NCBI RefSeq assembly: GCF_001949145.1
Contig: NW_019091356.1
Span: 1,426,789-1,490,788 of the forward strand
Source of the DNA: Acanthaster planci
Taxonomy: Eukaryota
Reading direction: 5' to 3'
Length of the DNA: 64,000 bases
Shown: positions 24,401 to 36,400 of the stretch, piece after piece
Layout: the number at the start of each line of letters is the position of its first letter
How positions within the stretch are numbered: the first letter of the stretch is position 1
Notes under the pieces: generated by a model
Databases searched by the model: none
Told to the model about the DNA's origin: nothing
The model's input: the letters and a program-made list of their open reading frames with translations, nothing else
Position numbers and translations under genes: made by a program

Positions 24401-27400
24401 CTCCATCACCTCCACTCATGCTGGCCAACGGCTCATCGACTATTACAACTTCCGTTTTTTCCCCATTTTGGCTAACCCAGGGATTTGTTGCCCTGAGTTA
24501 CAAGTCAGTTTTCCCTTAATCCAGGCTTTAAATAATTTCAGAGATCCCACCTTTCATTTTTTGTTAATCCCTTTGCGTTTGGGTACCCTTGCTTCCTAAT
24601 GAAACCTGTGGCATGGAGCTGCCTGGGTTAATCCCACTTGTGAAGATAAAACCCCTTCTGGCATGTTTTCAAATACAGGCAGTAACAGCACAGTGGCATT
24701 GCTTGAGTTGTCTGGAACGTTGGTAAGACCAGTGCCAGTCTTTGGGCCTTCTGTACTTTTTTTCAGAGTGACAGTTAGCTGCAGTATGGAATTAAAAAAG
24801 TGTGTCTTTGCATTTTGCACACTTTTGTTTATTGAGTACCAGATGGTTCCCACATCTAAGCCTTCTTCCACAAGTTTGCATATTCCCTTTTTGTTGTGGT
24901 CGTTTTTGTGTGTTAGTTTTTGAGCCAAAATGATCCATAACTGCTGTTTGGTTGCTTCAGTGATCCGATTATTGCATAAGGGGTATCACAGTGTTTTAGC
25001 ACTCGTATTTAGTACTCGTACTCGAGTAATACTCGAGTACAATTTTCAGAGTACATGTACTTGTGTCTTACTCAGTGTACTCGAATTTCCGAGTACTCCT
25101 ACTCAAACAACAGTTCTTGTACTCGGGCTGCAAAGTGCTCCGAGTAAAATTGTACTCGAGTATCAAGTATCATACTCAATTAACAGTAGTCGATAAAAAA
25201 TCCTTTAAACCCCATTACGGCCATTGAAATACAACCTTACATGAAAATCGATCCTCGTTGACCAATATTAGGTACAGTCTGACAAACAGAAGTCCTACAC
25301 ATGTGCCGTCTTAGCCAATTACGAACTTGAAATGCCAGTGTACTCTTAGTCTTCGTTCCAAGACTTTCCTGTTTATTCCGTGAAACGAACCATCACTAGA
25401 CGTAATTCTTGAAGGGGCACTGTCACTGTGTATCACCTTGTAAAGTGCATGCATCTTGGGTCCAAGACTTGTAACACTCACTTTAGTTGTAGCTAGTCTG
25501 GTTCCGGCCCTGACATAGAAATCTTGAATATAGAAAAGCACAGGCATAAGAATATGAAGTCTGGAAAGCAGACTTCACCCATCGACATTTACTCGTTCAC
25601 GTCATGCATGCATAAGCTAATGCATCATCACAAGTCAGAGTCGTACTGGTACATGTACATTGTAATATACATGTATATTGTTTCAGAATGTTGTCTACGT
25701 ATTTTTTGGTTGGCTTGACAATTACACAGAGTTTTAGCTGGTAACATTTGTTTTTGAGCAAGGTTTTTTGGCATTTCAGCAAATTTTGTACTTAAGCAGC
25801 TTATTCTTGATGTTTTTACATTTTACCTTGGAGTAAATGCTTTTACTGTTGTTGGTGCATCAGAATTGATGATATTTCTCATGCCTTATAAACGTTGTTC
25901 TTCTGACATCTCCATGCCCTGATTCAATGCTTTTACTGTTTGTGCATCAGAATTGATGATCCTTCTCTTGCGGTATAAATGCTGTACTTCTGTGTTTTGC
26001 CAAGGAGCCTATTCATATACACAGTTTTGGGACTAAATCTAATCTGCAACTTTACTTAAATACTGATTTGGGAATGCTACGGCAGATTTTAATAAAAACA
26101 ATCAGTTGCAAAAGAGTTTGTATATCCATTGTTCATATATAAATTTAAACATTTTGATGAACAAATTTGACTATTTACTCAGACTTAAAGTACTCTGACT
26201 TGTACTCGTAATTCCAAGTACTCATACTCATACTCATACAAGTACTTGTACTCAGGTACAAGTACTTGTACTCAGGTACAAGTACTCGTACTGGGAGGTA
26301 CAAGCACTCGTAATGGGAGGTACAAGCAATCGTACTCGTACTCGGAAGTATAGGTACTCTTACTCAGAGGTATAAGTTCTCATACTCTTAGCTACCATTG
26401 CTCATACTCTTACTCGGGGGTGCAAGTACTCTTACTCAGAGGTACAAGTACTCATACTCAGGGGTACAAGTACTCGTACTCAGAGGTACAAGTACTCATA
26501 CTCGGAGGTACAAGTACACACACTCAGAGGTACAAGCACTCGTACTCATACTCCGAGGTATAAGTGCTCATACTTTGAGGTACTGATGCTCATACTCTTA
26601 CTCGCAGTTCAAGTACTCATTCTCATACTCACTGGTACAAGTACTTTTACTCAGAGGTACAAGTATTTGTACTTGTAGGTACAATTACCTGTACTCCTGT
26701 ACTTGAAAATCAGTTTTTGCACTCAGCTGGTAAAGCAATCAGACTTTCAGGCACTCGGAAATTTAAGTACTCAGCAATACGCTGTACTGGGCAAACAGTA
26801 CTCAGCTATAGCACTCTTGTATCAAGTGATGAGCCCTGTTATCAGCTCTATTGGGATTTCTCTGGGATGCCATTTGTGCATAATTTCTCGAGCCAATAAC
26901 AAGAGTGCAGTGTGCATTCTAAAGATTACACTTCAGGTTGCCAGGAGACAAAACATTCAATGTGGTCCACAAGTGATGTTGTTGTAACCTCCCCTCCCCT
27001 CCCTTCTTTCGATTGTCATCTCAGGAAGGATTCTAAATTAGTCCCTTCCAGTTCCCCGCTGTGAACCTGCTGGGGTATTAGCCCCTGCAGCCTATTGCTC
27101 GGGCAGTTTTATTGTAGGACCCGGAGAGATACCCGAACCAACTGTGCAGAAAGTGCAGTTGGTTTTCAACCAGGAAATTGAGAGTTGAAACGTGGGGGGC
27201 GTTGTCGTTGTTTGTAGGGAGAAGAACCTTTTTGCTCCCCGGGCTGCAAATAGGCCAGAGCAGTTCTAAGTTTCCCAAGGGATGTTGGTTGGATTACTGG
27301 GATAGAGTGAGAGAGAGAGCCTGGAAAGGGCCGGGAGAGAGCACATGACAGGTTGGGCACCTTGTATATGGAAGCCTGAGGTTTTTGGATCCCAGCTTAT

Positions 27401-30400
27401 CGCTGATATACTGCACAGGGCCTTGTTAAAGACTTAACAAGCAAACAGCAGTCTGTGGCCCACCCAGATTATATTAACCAACCAGCATCGCGTAAATTAG
27501 CTGGATCCCAGATCAGAGCTTTGCACCGAAATACATGCACCACCCCTTCAAAGCAAGAGCTCCTCTGATCAAGTTTGGATGTGCCACTTTGCAGTCCACC
27601 CATATTATTATGAGACTTCTACAGAGGCACACCAGTTAACACTGGGGAAAATACGAGCGGGCAATACATATGTAGGATAATCAGGCACTTCATTTTATTG
27701 GTTACATCATGAACTGACGTATCGTGTACAAAGTCTATGGCTGGTACATCACATCATGGTGCACCAAAACTATCCTACGGGTATACTCACTTTGTGGTGA
27801 AACCGCCAATTTGTTGGGGAAATGTTCAGAGTCATAGATTAGAATTAGATGTCATGGGCAGGATGACATGTTCATTTCCTCCCCTGGGGATTTTCATGAG
27901 TGGACAGACATCTGCCATTCATCTGCAGTTTCCCAGGCAGAAATGAAGACAGATATGGGTACAACCCACAGATGGCATTGTCTACTCTCAAAATATCCAA
28001 TCCAGACCAGTTTGCATTCCTATCTCAGAGATTAAGGGCATCAAGCTGATGGCATTCTTGGCTTAACCAGGACATCATCATCCCATCTGCACTACGGACA
28101 ACGACAACACTTTGAACTGATAAACCAGCAGGTGGATTTGTTCACGAGGCACAAAGAGCTCAGGAGCTCCAACTGAAGCAGAAAAACCGCTCCCTGTGAT
28201 ATTATTCATGCTTTAGCATGATGCTGCATTTTTTGGCCAACTGTGAAAGGATTAGTCTTCTCACACAATGCCAGTCAATTTTCAACTATCTCCCCAAGTG
28301 TAGTTGAAATGGGCGTCCACTTGTTCCAAAGCCAGATGTCATTTTTTGTTTCCTTTGTCTTTACCAATTTATGGAGACGTTGCCAAACTTTTGTCTTGAG
28401 AAGGAGGGGCTCAGATTTTCAGGTGCCGCCCTTGCCACTTACCCTTCCAGCTTATCAGTTCAAGGGCATGCGCCCCTTTTGTATGCAGACAGTGTCGTGG
28501 GGTAACGTTTTTCCCAACATCAGTGCAAAAAAGGCCAACTCCATACCCTTTAAAGGCTTGATATCAATTCAAATTGAAGTTCTATCTGTCCATTCCAGTC
28601 AAAAATTTAGCAGAGAGGTCCTACTCCTTTCTGTGACTTGACTACAGAAGTTCCTGCTGTGTCCCCCTTCCTGTCATCAATGTGACAAATTGGCTTGTCA
28701 AGTTGAACAGAAGGCCATGATTCATGGAAATGATGGGCTTATTGTCGGGGCTTGGGCTCTGTTTGGATTCACTTTGCTGCAGCTTGAAGTTACTCACCTG
28801 GCTATTGCCATATAAACTTGTTTGTAATTTCATGCCGAATCCAAATAATTTGGACACTGTGAATTGAATCCACCGGCAAGGTTAATCTAGTATCAAAGTT
28901 TCTCTTCTTGTCCTCTGTGACTGTGAAGGTTATCCAAGAAATAATCATGTGAAAAAGATAGTAGGGGCCAACAGAAGTCCGTAAGAAAAGCTGATTTGCT
29001 CAGTCATTCAGCAACTGTCTCGCTAAGTTGCTCAGTGAAATTTCAAAGCAACACACAAACTCAACATTTTGCTGAGACCTAAATGTTGTCGTCGGTGTCA
29101 TGCCTCACGCAGGACCTTGATGGCAACCTGCTTTTCCCCCTGCTCTGGATTCCTGACCAATGGCTTTAGCAAAGAACACTGGTAAGCTGTTTTATCTCTT
29201 TAAGCTCAGTGAGCAGTAATGCGCTGGACAGATTATTTTTTCTGCATTCTGACACGTTTGTTTGAAATCAGACCCAGGAGAATGGGAACAAACGAGGCAA
29301 TTCTTTTTGCTGACTGAAGAGGGAAGATGACGAAAGAAAAAAGAAAAACCCAGTTACAGAATAATTTGAGAGCCTGTCATCACTTGGAACATGCTGTGAC
29401 CCAAACTGCTCAGTCTGAAAGCAACTCGACCTGTCTGTGAACAAGTTTTTTTCATGACATTTGAACAGAATTCATGTAAACATCCGGATAATGGGTAGCT
29501 ATGAGCCCAGGGCCTGCCAAGCCCAGACCTGGGATTCCTGGACACACGAGCAGGTGCGCAACTATCGATGTGGGTGTGAGTCAAGGGGAGGGGCTAACAC
29601 AATAGCAATAATAAAATGCGAGCTTTGAAATAGCAAGAATTAAGGCTTGGGCGGCCTTTATCCTATTCTGGACTTTTCCTGAAATGGCATAACCAGGTTG
29701 TGTTCTGAAGGAGAGTTATCAGCCAAGCACAGCTGGACGGAGTTGGTGCCAGTAAATTTGACCATTTCGGGGGCCGACTTTTTATCTGTCTGTATGAAGC
29801 AGGTGCAGCTCTAGGTTCTGTCCAGATTTTCCCCTCAGAAAAAAAATCTGGTCATTTTCAAGTTCCAGTTCCAGCCGGTCAAACCTTGGACTGGGTTGTA
29901 AATTTCCCAAAGAGAGGGGAGTCATTTTGCAGACCACAACTGGAAACGCTGCAGGGTGGGAGTTGCATTGTAACTATTACACTTCCAAGGGTTTTTTTTT
30001 CTGGGTTTTAACAGTTCATATTATGTGCTTTTTTGCAAGGCTTGCACAAAAGAAACGAGGATAAAGTTGTCAAGCCTTGGCTCCGGATGCCACTGACACA
30101 TTGCCAACAGTTGTTCAAACAAGGCAGGGGGGGAAATGGAAAGTGTTGAAAAAAGCACTGTCCCAGCCAAAAGTCTGCCCCAGAAATTGTCTGTGTAGTC
30201 GACAGGACCACCGATGGCCCAGCTATCTTTCACAGTTGTCACCAATGAAATGGAAGGGAGGGTCTTAAAAAAGGGTGGGGGGGGTTCGGTCCTTGAAGTG
30301 GATGCTTGATTCCGTTAGGGGATCCTACCATCAGATGATGGATTGACCTGGAAGGTTGCAGCTTTAATTGATCGGCTGGCTGTCCTCCTGGAAGACAGAT

Positions 30401-33400
30401 TGTTGGTTAATGAGACCAGAGGACGTCCCCTATTGCCAAACCTGGTGACAAACAGGGTGAGATGTTCTTCCCATGAAGGCTGACATGGCAGGTGGATGGA
30501 TGAACTGTTTCGACTGCTCGCTGTGTCACAGTAATCTCTTTGGTTGATACTCTGTTGCAAACAAAGTACAGAACCTGTGAAGTATGCATTGAACCCGAAC
30601 CCAAGCCAAGCCATCATTGTGAAACTTCTGATGTTGAACTTCCACAGTGCTTTGAAAGAGAGGTATTACGTATTGGAAACTATGTGGAAAGACCACTCAT
30701 AGTGGCTGTGTCATTTCTGGGCCACTGTAGTTTTCCCTAGATTTCTGGGAGAGGGGAATCTTGCTGACTGACGTGCAGGGTTGAGAATGACATTGGCCTG
30801 TGCTAATATATACCTGGGGCCTTCAACAAGCTTGCAGGAAAATTGCATTGGGGAATTTTGAGCCGTTCAAATGCAGAACCTTACAGTAATCTTGCATGAG
30901 TACAGTACACTGGGCATTTGGTTTTCAACTAGAGTATAGACCATTGAAATGTGGAGAGACCGTACTTGTTCTCACCAGAAAAACAACCTGAACAGACACA
31001 TGCCAAGTACATGCAGGTCCAACAGCAGGCTGAGAATAATTTGCCTGCCAGTGGGCTCCTTTAAACAGAAATCCAGCTAACCTGCATAACTGTTTTAATT
31101 GAGTCCTAGGGTCAGATCGCTAGACGCTTGAAACACTTCAGGGAGGGTGCATGTGGAAAAATAGGAAAACACCCCACACGCAACAGGTGTCAAAACAGCA
31201 TTTTGAAAGTCTAACAAGTTTCAAGAGAAGATTTCTGAGCTGGCGTCTAGGGCCATTTGTTTTTATCAGAACGAGTGGGCGTAGTTAGGCAGCTTGTTTT
31301 CGGCCCCTGGGGCCACCGTTGCGATCAGAGAGACAGACATATTGTTCAGTGTGAGGGTATCGGTTCACAGCTTGCTGTCGGCACTGAAGCTGGTATTGGA
31401 ACCAATTAGTTAATTGTTTATTTACTGTGCGTAGCATCCTAATATCCAACTGTTAGTTTACTTGGTGAATAATTGTGGCCGAGGGGCAGAAACAGAAGCT
31501 GCATTTCAGTAGCTAGCAGGAGTGTTGTGTTTCATAAGTCTTGCAGAGGTCAGAGGTTTTGGATATTCGCCGGCTGTTGATGAAGCAACAAGCACAGTAT
31601 TTCCCCTCCAGTTGCACTACAAAGAAAGGATGCAAGTTTAACAAGTGGCAAATCAAAAAGACATCAAAAGCAAAATTAACCACTTGGCGGTTGCTAAGAT
31701 TGCAAATTAATGCCAAGCTGGCCTCAGAGAAATCTTTGAAATGTCTTGCAATCTGTGAGTTTAGGGTAAAGTTTCTGGCCACCCAAAAACGGAGTTTTTG
31801 TTAACCATCTTTGGTTTTTTTTTGGGGGGGGGAATCTCATTGTGTGCAGGGTCTGAGAGGGAACCCTGCTGGGATGGGCAAGCAGTTGACTTTTCAGACA
31901 TTTCCTCTCAGGCAAATCTCCCCCAAAAATGTGAAACTTGATCAAGTGCAACCCAGTTTCAGGGTAGCTCCTTTGTAAATTCTTGATTTATTGATTTGGG
32001 ACAAGTGGTGTGGAAGTGATACTCTTAGACCTGCTTGAAGGAGAAGGAATGATTGCTGTCTCATTCTTCTTTTGGGTTGAAACAAAAAGGAGAAGAAGAA
32101 ATATGTCATTACCCTTGTCAATCCTCCATCGGAAGCACAGGGCCCAGGAAGATTCATTGGAAACCATTAGATTCTTTTGTTTCCTTGTTCTGCATTGCCT
32201 TACAGATAAGCTGTTTACTCCATTTTTTTACACTCTCTCTGTCTCAATTTCCACGCCACACCCACGCGTGTATCCCAACGGAACCGGCTTACATACCAGG
32301 CTTAGTCAGATGCTTTGACCCATGTATGGGCATCAGGGAGAGAGAGGTATCTTTCCAGAGACCACAAAAGAGAAGGGGTTGTCCCCCCCCTGGTGTTTCT
32401 GATTGATGGGTAGCCCAAGTGGGAATGGAAACAGAAGGGCAGAAGGGGTCACCGTTTAATAGGCAAACATGTCGGATGGGAGCCGGCATGTGACAGCAGA
32501 TTTCGCGCTCCCCAGCACTTGCAGATTAAATTGACAAGGGAGGTTGCGTCCTGTCCTGTCCTGATATGACCGCAGGCCTACGCATTTACGTGCACATCGT
32601 CGGTGTATGTGTAGGTTGGGTTTTCCCACGGACTGAGGGACGAAGGTGGAAGCTTAAGAGAGGCATGTGTTTGGGGGGGGGGTTGAGGGTTATTGGAAAA
32701 AAAATCCTAACCCAGAGCAGAGGTTATTGGAAAGTTCTCTACCTTGAAAACTGGGTGGGAGAATCAATGGGAATATAGCCAGAAAGCAGGTGTGTAGCCT
32801 CAACGTGCAAGCATCTGTGATATGTAAATGAAGATTTTGAATATTCCTGTCTCCGTCTCCTAGATACACATAATGTATAGACCGACATGTAGCTTAGTAG
32901 GAGTACATTCCACCAGGATGTTCAAAGCACCAGTTTCCACCTTTTGCTCATGACCACAAATTTGAGGAGGGGAGATTAAAAAATTGAAAAATTGGTTGAG
33001 TGGCATAAGTTGGTGAGTGGATTCCTTGAAAGTACAAGTAATGTTAGATGTTTGATCAGTCTGGTAACTTAACAGAAATTTTTGAATGCAAACAACAGAG
33101 AATAATGTCCAAAATGTAGAAGAATTGGGAAAAGTGAAATTGCAAATGTAAAGGGAATGAATGAATGTATATGTACTTTCTAAGCTTGGCTTTGATGGTG
33201 AATTCGGTGATTGGCGATCCATCTGTCAGAGTTGATTCTTTTGAGTGAAAATGAACTGACATCATGCTGTTTTGGGGAGAAAACAATTCTCTGAAATGGG
33301 TATCCTGCATCCCTGTTGCTATTTACAAACACACGGGTAGGGTTGAAATGCAGAGTCCTCTGTTAACTACATTTCCTCTGTTTAGGGAAATGTCGGGAAG

Positions 33401-36400
33401 AAACCGGTTATGTCAATCGTTTGGCCGTCCAGATGGACCCTTGAAGTTGTCAGTCTCAGCCAACATTGCAGATTTTGCTGTATGCGGTCAGACTTTCTGA
33501 CGTCATTGAATGCAGGTTTCTCTTGGGGGGGTGCAATGGTGCCTTCAGAATGAACAGGTGCTTTGGCATCTTGAGATTTTCATCTGCCTGGACCCCTTGC
33601 CTCGCCTACCCCTCATGTCAAACGCCCTTGATGGCACCTTGACTCTGCCCTACACCTCAAGGAAGCTTATCACATCTCCAGGCTTCCCTTTTCATTCCCA
33701 ACCTGCCGTAAATCTGACTCACGTTTCAACCTGGGCATTTGCGTCATTTTAGAACTGTCTTTTCTCTCTATTCCTTTTTTTTTGGGGGGTTGTTTTGTCT
33801 TTAAGTGACTATTCTCTTGCCTTGGGGGGTGCACCGGCTCTTTGGGGCGTGACACGCCGGTCCCGTTGAGAGACAAACCTGACTGGGCAAGGGCCGTCCA
33901 GGCATTCATGTGGAACATTTGTGGATTTTAGATGAAAATAATTGAGGCGGAACTCACTGCATGTTGAAACGTGGTCTCAGTTAACATGAAAAAAGCCGAT
34001 TGTGCAGTGTAATGCAGCGCGGGAGCGGGTGCAAGTCATTGAGGCTTTTTTGAGTGGTGGTGGGGGGAGGGGGAACTAGAAGGAGAGGAAAGAGGGGGAT
34101 GGATTGTCAGCAAATGATAGACTGAGCTATAAAACTGTACCCTTATCAGCCCGAGAGGAAACAGGGAAGAGGGCTTTAAATCAAAGACAAATGTCTCACG
34201 CGAAAACGAAACAAATTGCCCAAGACAAAATGCTGCAAATGAGGGAGGGGGGACGAAGCAGCATTTGTAATCTGAGCTCTTTCAAAATATCCCGAGCAAT
34301 ATGTGAGTACATGAATCTTGACGAGTACCACATGTGTAGGTACGCTCGCCTTACATACCTAGTGTGGACTTGTTAACAAAAGATGTCCACACGATGCAGG
34401 AAGGGAAGACGTTCTGTGGACTAACATGTAATAACCATGTCCGTATCCCCTGCTCTGAAAAAGAAGTTTAGAGGCATTTTGGGGTAGGGTTCACCTGTCG
34501 GAAGAGGAACAATCAAGGAAACCTTTCACAAATATCCAGCTGAAAATTGTGTTCCCAGTTCAAGAAAAACAAGTATTTTTGCTGAGTTTTCTCAGCTGCA
34601 CGAAAAGAAAGGAATGTCCACACTAGGTATGTAAGGTAAGTGTGGGTATGGGTGTGGGGGTGTGTGTGTGTAGGGTTGTGTCATGAAATTGGTCAGATGC
34701 ACAGTTTTCCCAAGTTACTTTTCTGGATCTGTAATCTCCACAGATGAAAGCCTGCCTATTAATTTTGATTCAGGATTGTTGAAGTTCCGTCCAACCATTA
34801 TGGAAAGTCGGTGCGAAATATCTCTGTGTTACCTTGCAAAGTTTTCTGTGATAACTTGGGATAGGTGTGTAATACACTCTCTCAGGCAGATGAGTGATTT
34901 TGTATCCCTTCTCCTGTCAAGTTGCCTTTAGCTAAGGTGGGATTCAAGTATTGTAGAACACCAGAACACCTTCCTCGGCTGAGGGAGACATGTGCAAAAC
35001 CATTCCATTCAGAACTCCTGACTCATAAACCATGCAGTCCTGAGAAGATGGTTGTAGGAACTAGATAAGATTGAATATTTGGTTCTTGGATACGTGTGCT
35101 TTTTATGGAGGTAACAGGTTCACTTCGCTCTTTTGTTCAACTGAATTTTTGTTTGTTTGTTTGTTTGTTTATAGGTGGTGTACTCACGAGTTGCACGTGT
35201 ATGCAAGGTAAGAAAGATTCTTTTAAAAATTGGTAAGACCTTGAGTTAAAGGACGGAGTAGTTGTTTACGGTCAGTAGCTTTTGAAAAGGAACCATTTCC
35301 AACCCTTAAGAGGTTGAGTCTTCACAGAATCCCGGGGTCGGCCGCACTGAAAGACAACAGAAGGACAAAGGTTAATGCCAGGATAAGACACATCACGTGA
35401 TGATGACTAAGCTGGCACCAGCCCATCCACACCAGACCCCTTCAAAAGAATCGCTCCATCCATCTTGGGAATTGTTTCCCTCAGGCCTACGCCCTCCCTT
35501 CGAAAACCGTCAACAGTTATTGGCTTCATCTGGACAGATCTGAACAGATGGCCACCAGGGCTGAGACTCTCTTGTTGAAAAAATGCAGGATGTATTCTTA
35601 CATTGATTGAGATTGTCTTAGAGGAATTATGGAGCACTACCGCTGTCTGGGATGAAGATTTTTTTTTTTAAGGTTCCTAGAGCCTGGGAACACTTTCTTT
35701 CCCAAGCACTCGTAGCATCGCCCCTCCAGCAAATGTTGCCCAGGGCTCCAGGAATTCAGAGGTGAATGTTTAAAAGCTTGCTATGTCAAGCTTGGCATCT
35801 CTGTGACTTTAAACCAAAGAATGATCTATTTGGAATTTTTTAAATATTGACAGTCATCTGTCAGCAAATACATGTGACGGTGGCATATGTCCAAATGTCA
35901 CAAGATGAAGAAAAATGTGATAGAAGTGGCAGTAAACATTGACAAGAAGTGAAAAACTGTTGTTGTTTTTTAATTTTGGAGGTCAGTACCATGTTCTGGT
36001 GTGAGAATTTTGCACAAAGGTCACTGTTGCTATTCAATTTTTTTCCTGTGAAATTGCATGTCTCTAAAAAGTCACAGTTTACTTTCCTTGTGGATTGCCC
36101 TAAATAAGATAAATTTGAAAAATGGACTTTTGGGAAGTAGGAGAACTTTCTCAATGGACATTGTCATCCTCCCTGACAGAATGACACTGGAGGACAGTTT
36201 TTATTGGAAGACAACTGGACAACATTTATGAAGGCCCGCATCACTTGCTCAGTCTCCGGGGAGTATCCATTCCACTTCAACGAGCTGCGTAAGTGATCAC
36301 CTTTTACCTCCCTGATTGCCATCAATTTTCTTTACCCACTGAAACCAAATTAAGTGTGGTCTAATTCCCTTACAGTGATTTTAGTGCCATTCACCTCAAG

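Larger units (their letters stand above)
24989..26816. mobile_element. ~1.8-kb non-autonomous hAT-like element with GTACTC subterminal arrays
   Basis: Termini CAGTGTTTTAGC / GCTATAGCACTC; 8-bp flanks GGGTATCA / TTGTATCA match 6/8 (decayed TSD); dense GTACTC/GAGTAC motifs at 24995-25180 and 26175-26810. Confidence 0.7.

Noticed and set aside
26215..26700. CRISPR array or repetitive protein (ORF 26398..26586)
   Set aside because: It is a degenerate ~21-bp minisatellite inside a transposon, with no spacers and no conserved frame
34055..34105. G-quadruplex-like purine tract (and other poly-G/poly-C runs)
   Set aside because: G and C homopolymer runs are scattered throughout the window, so a single one is not distinctive
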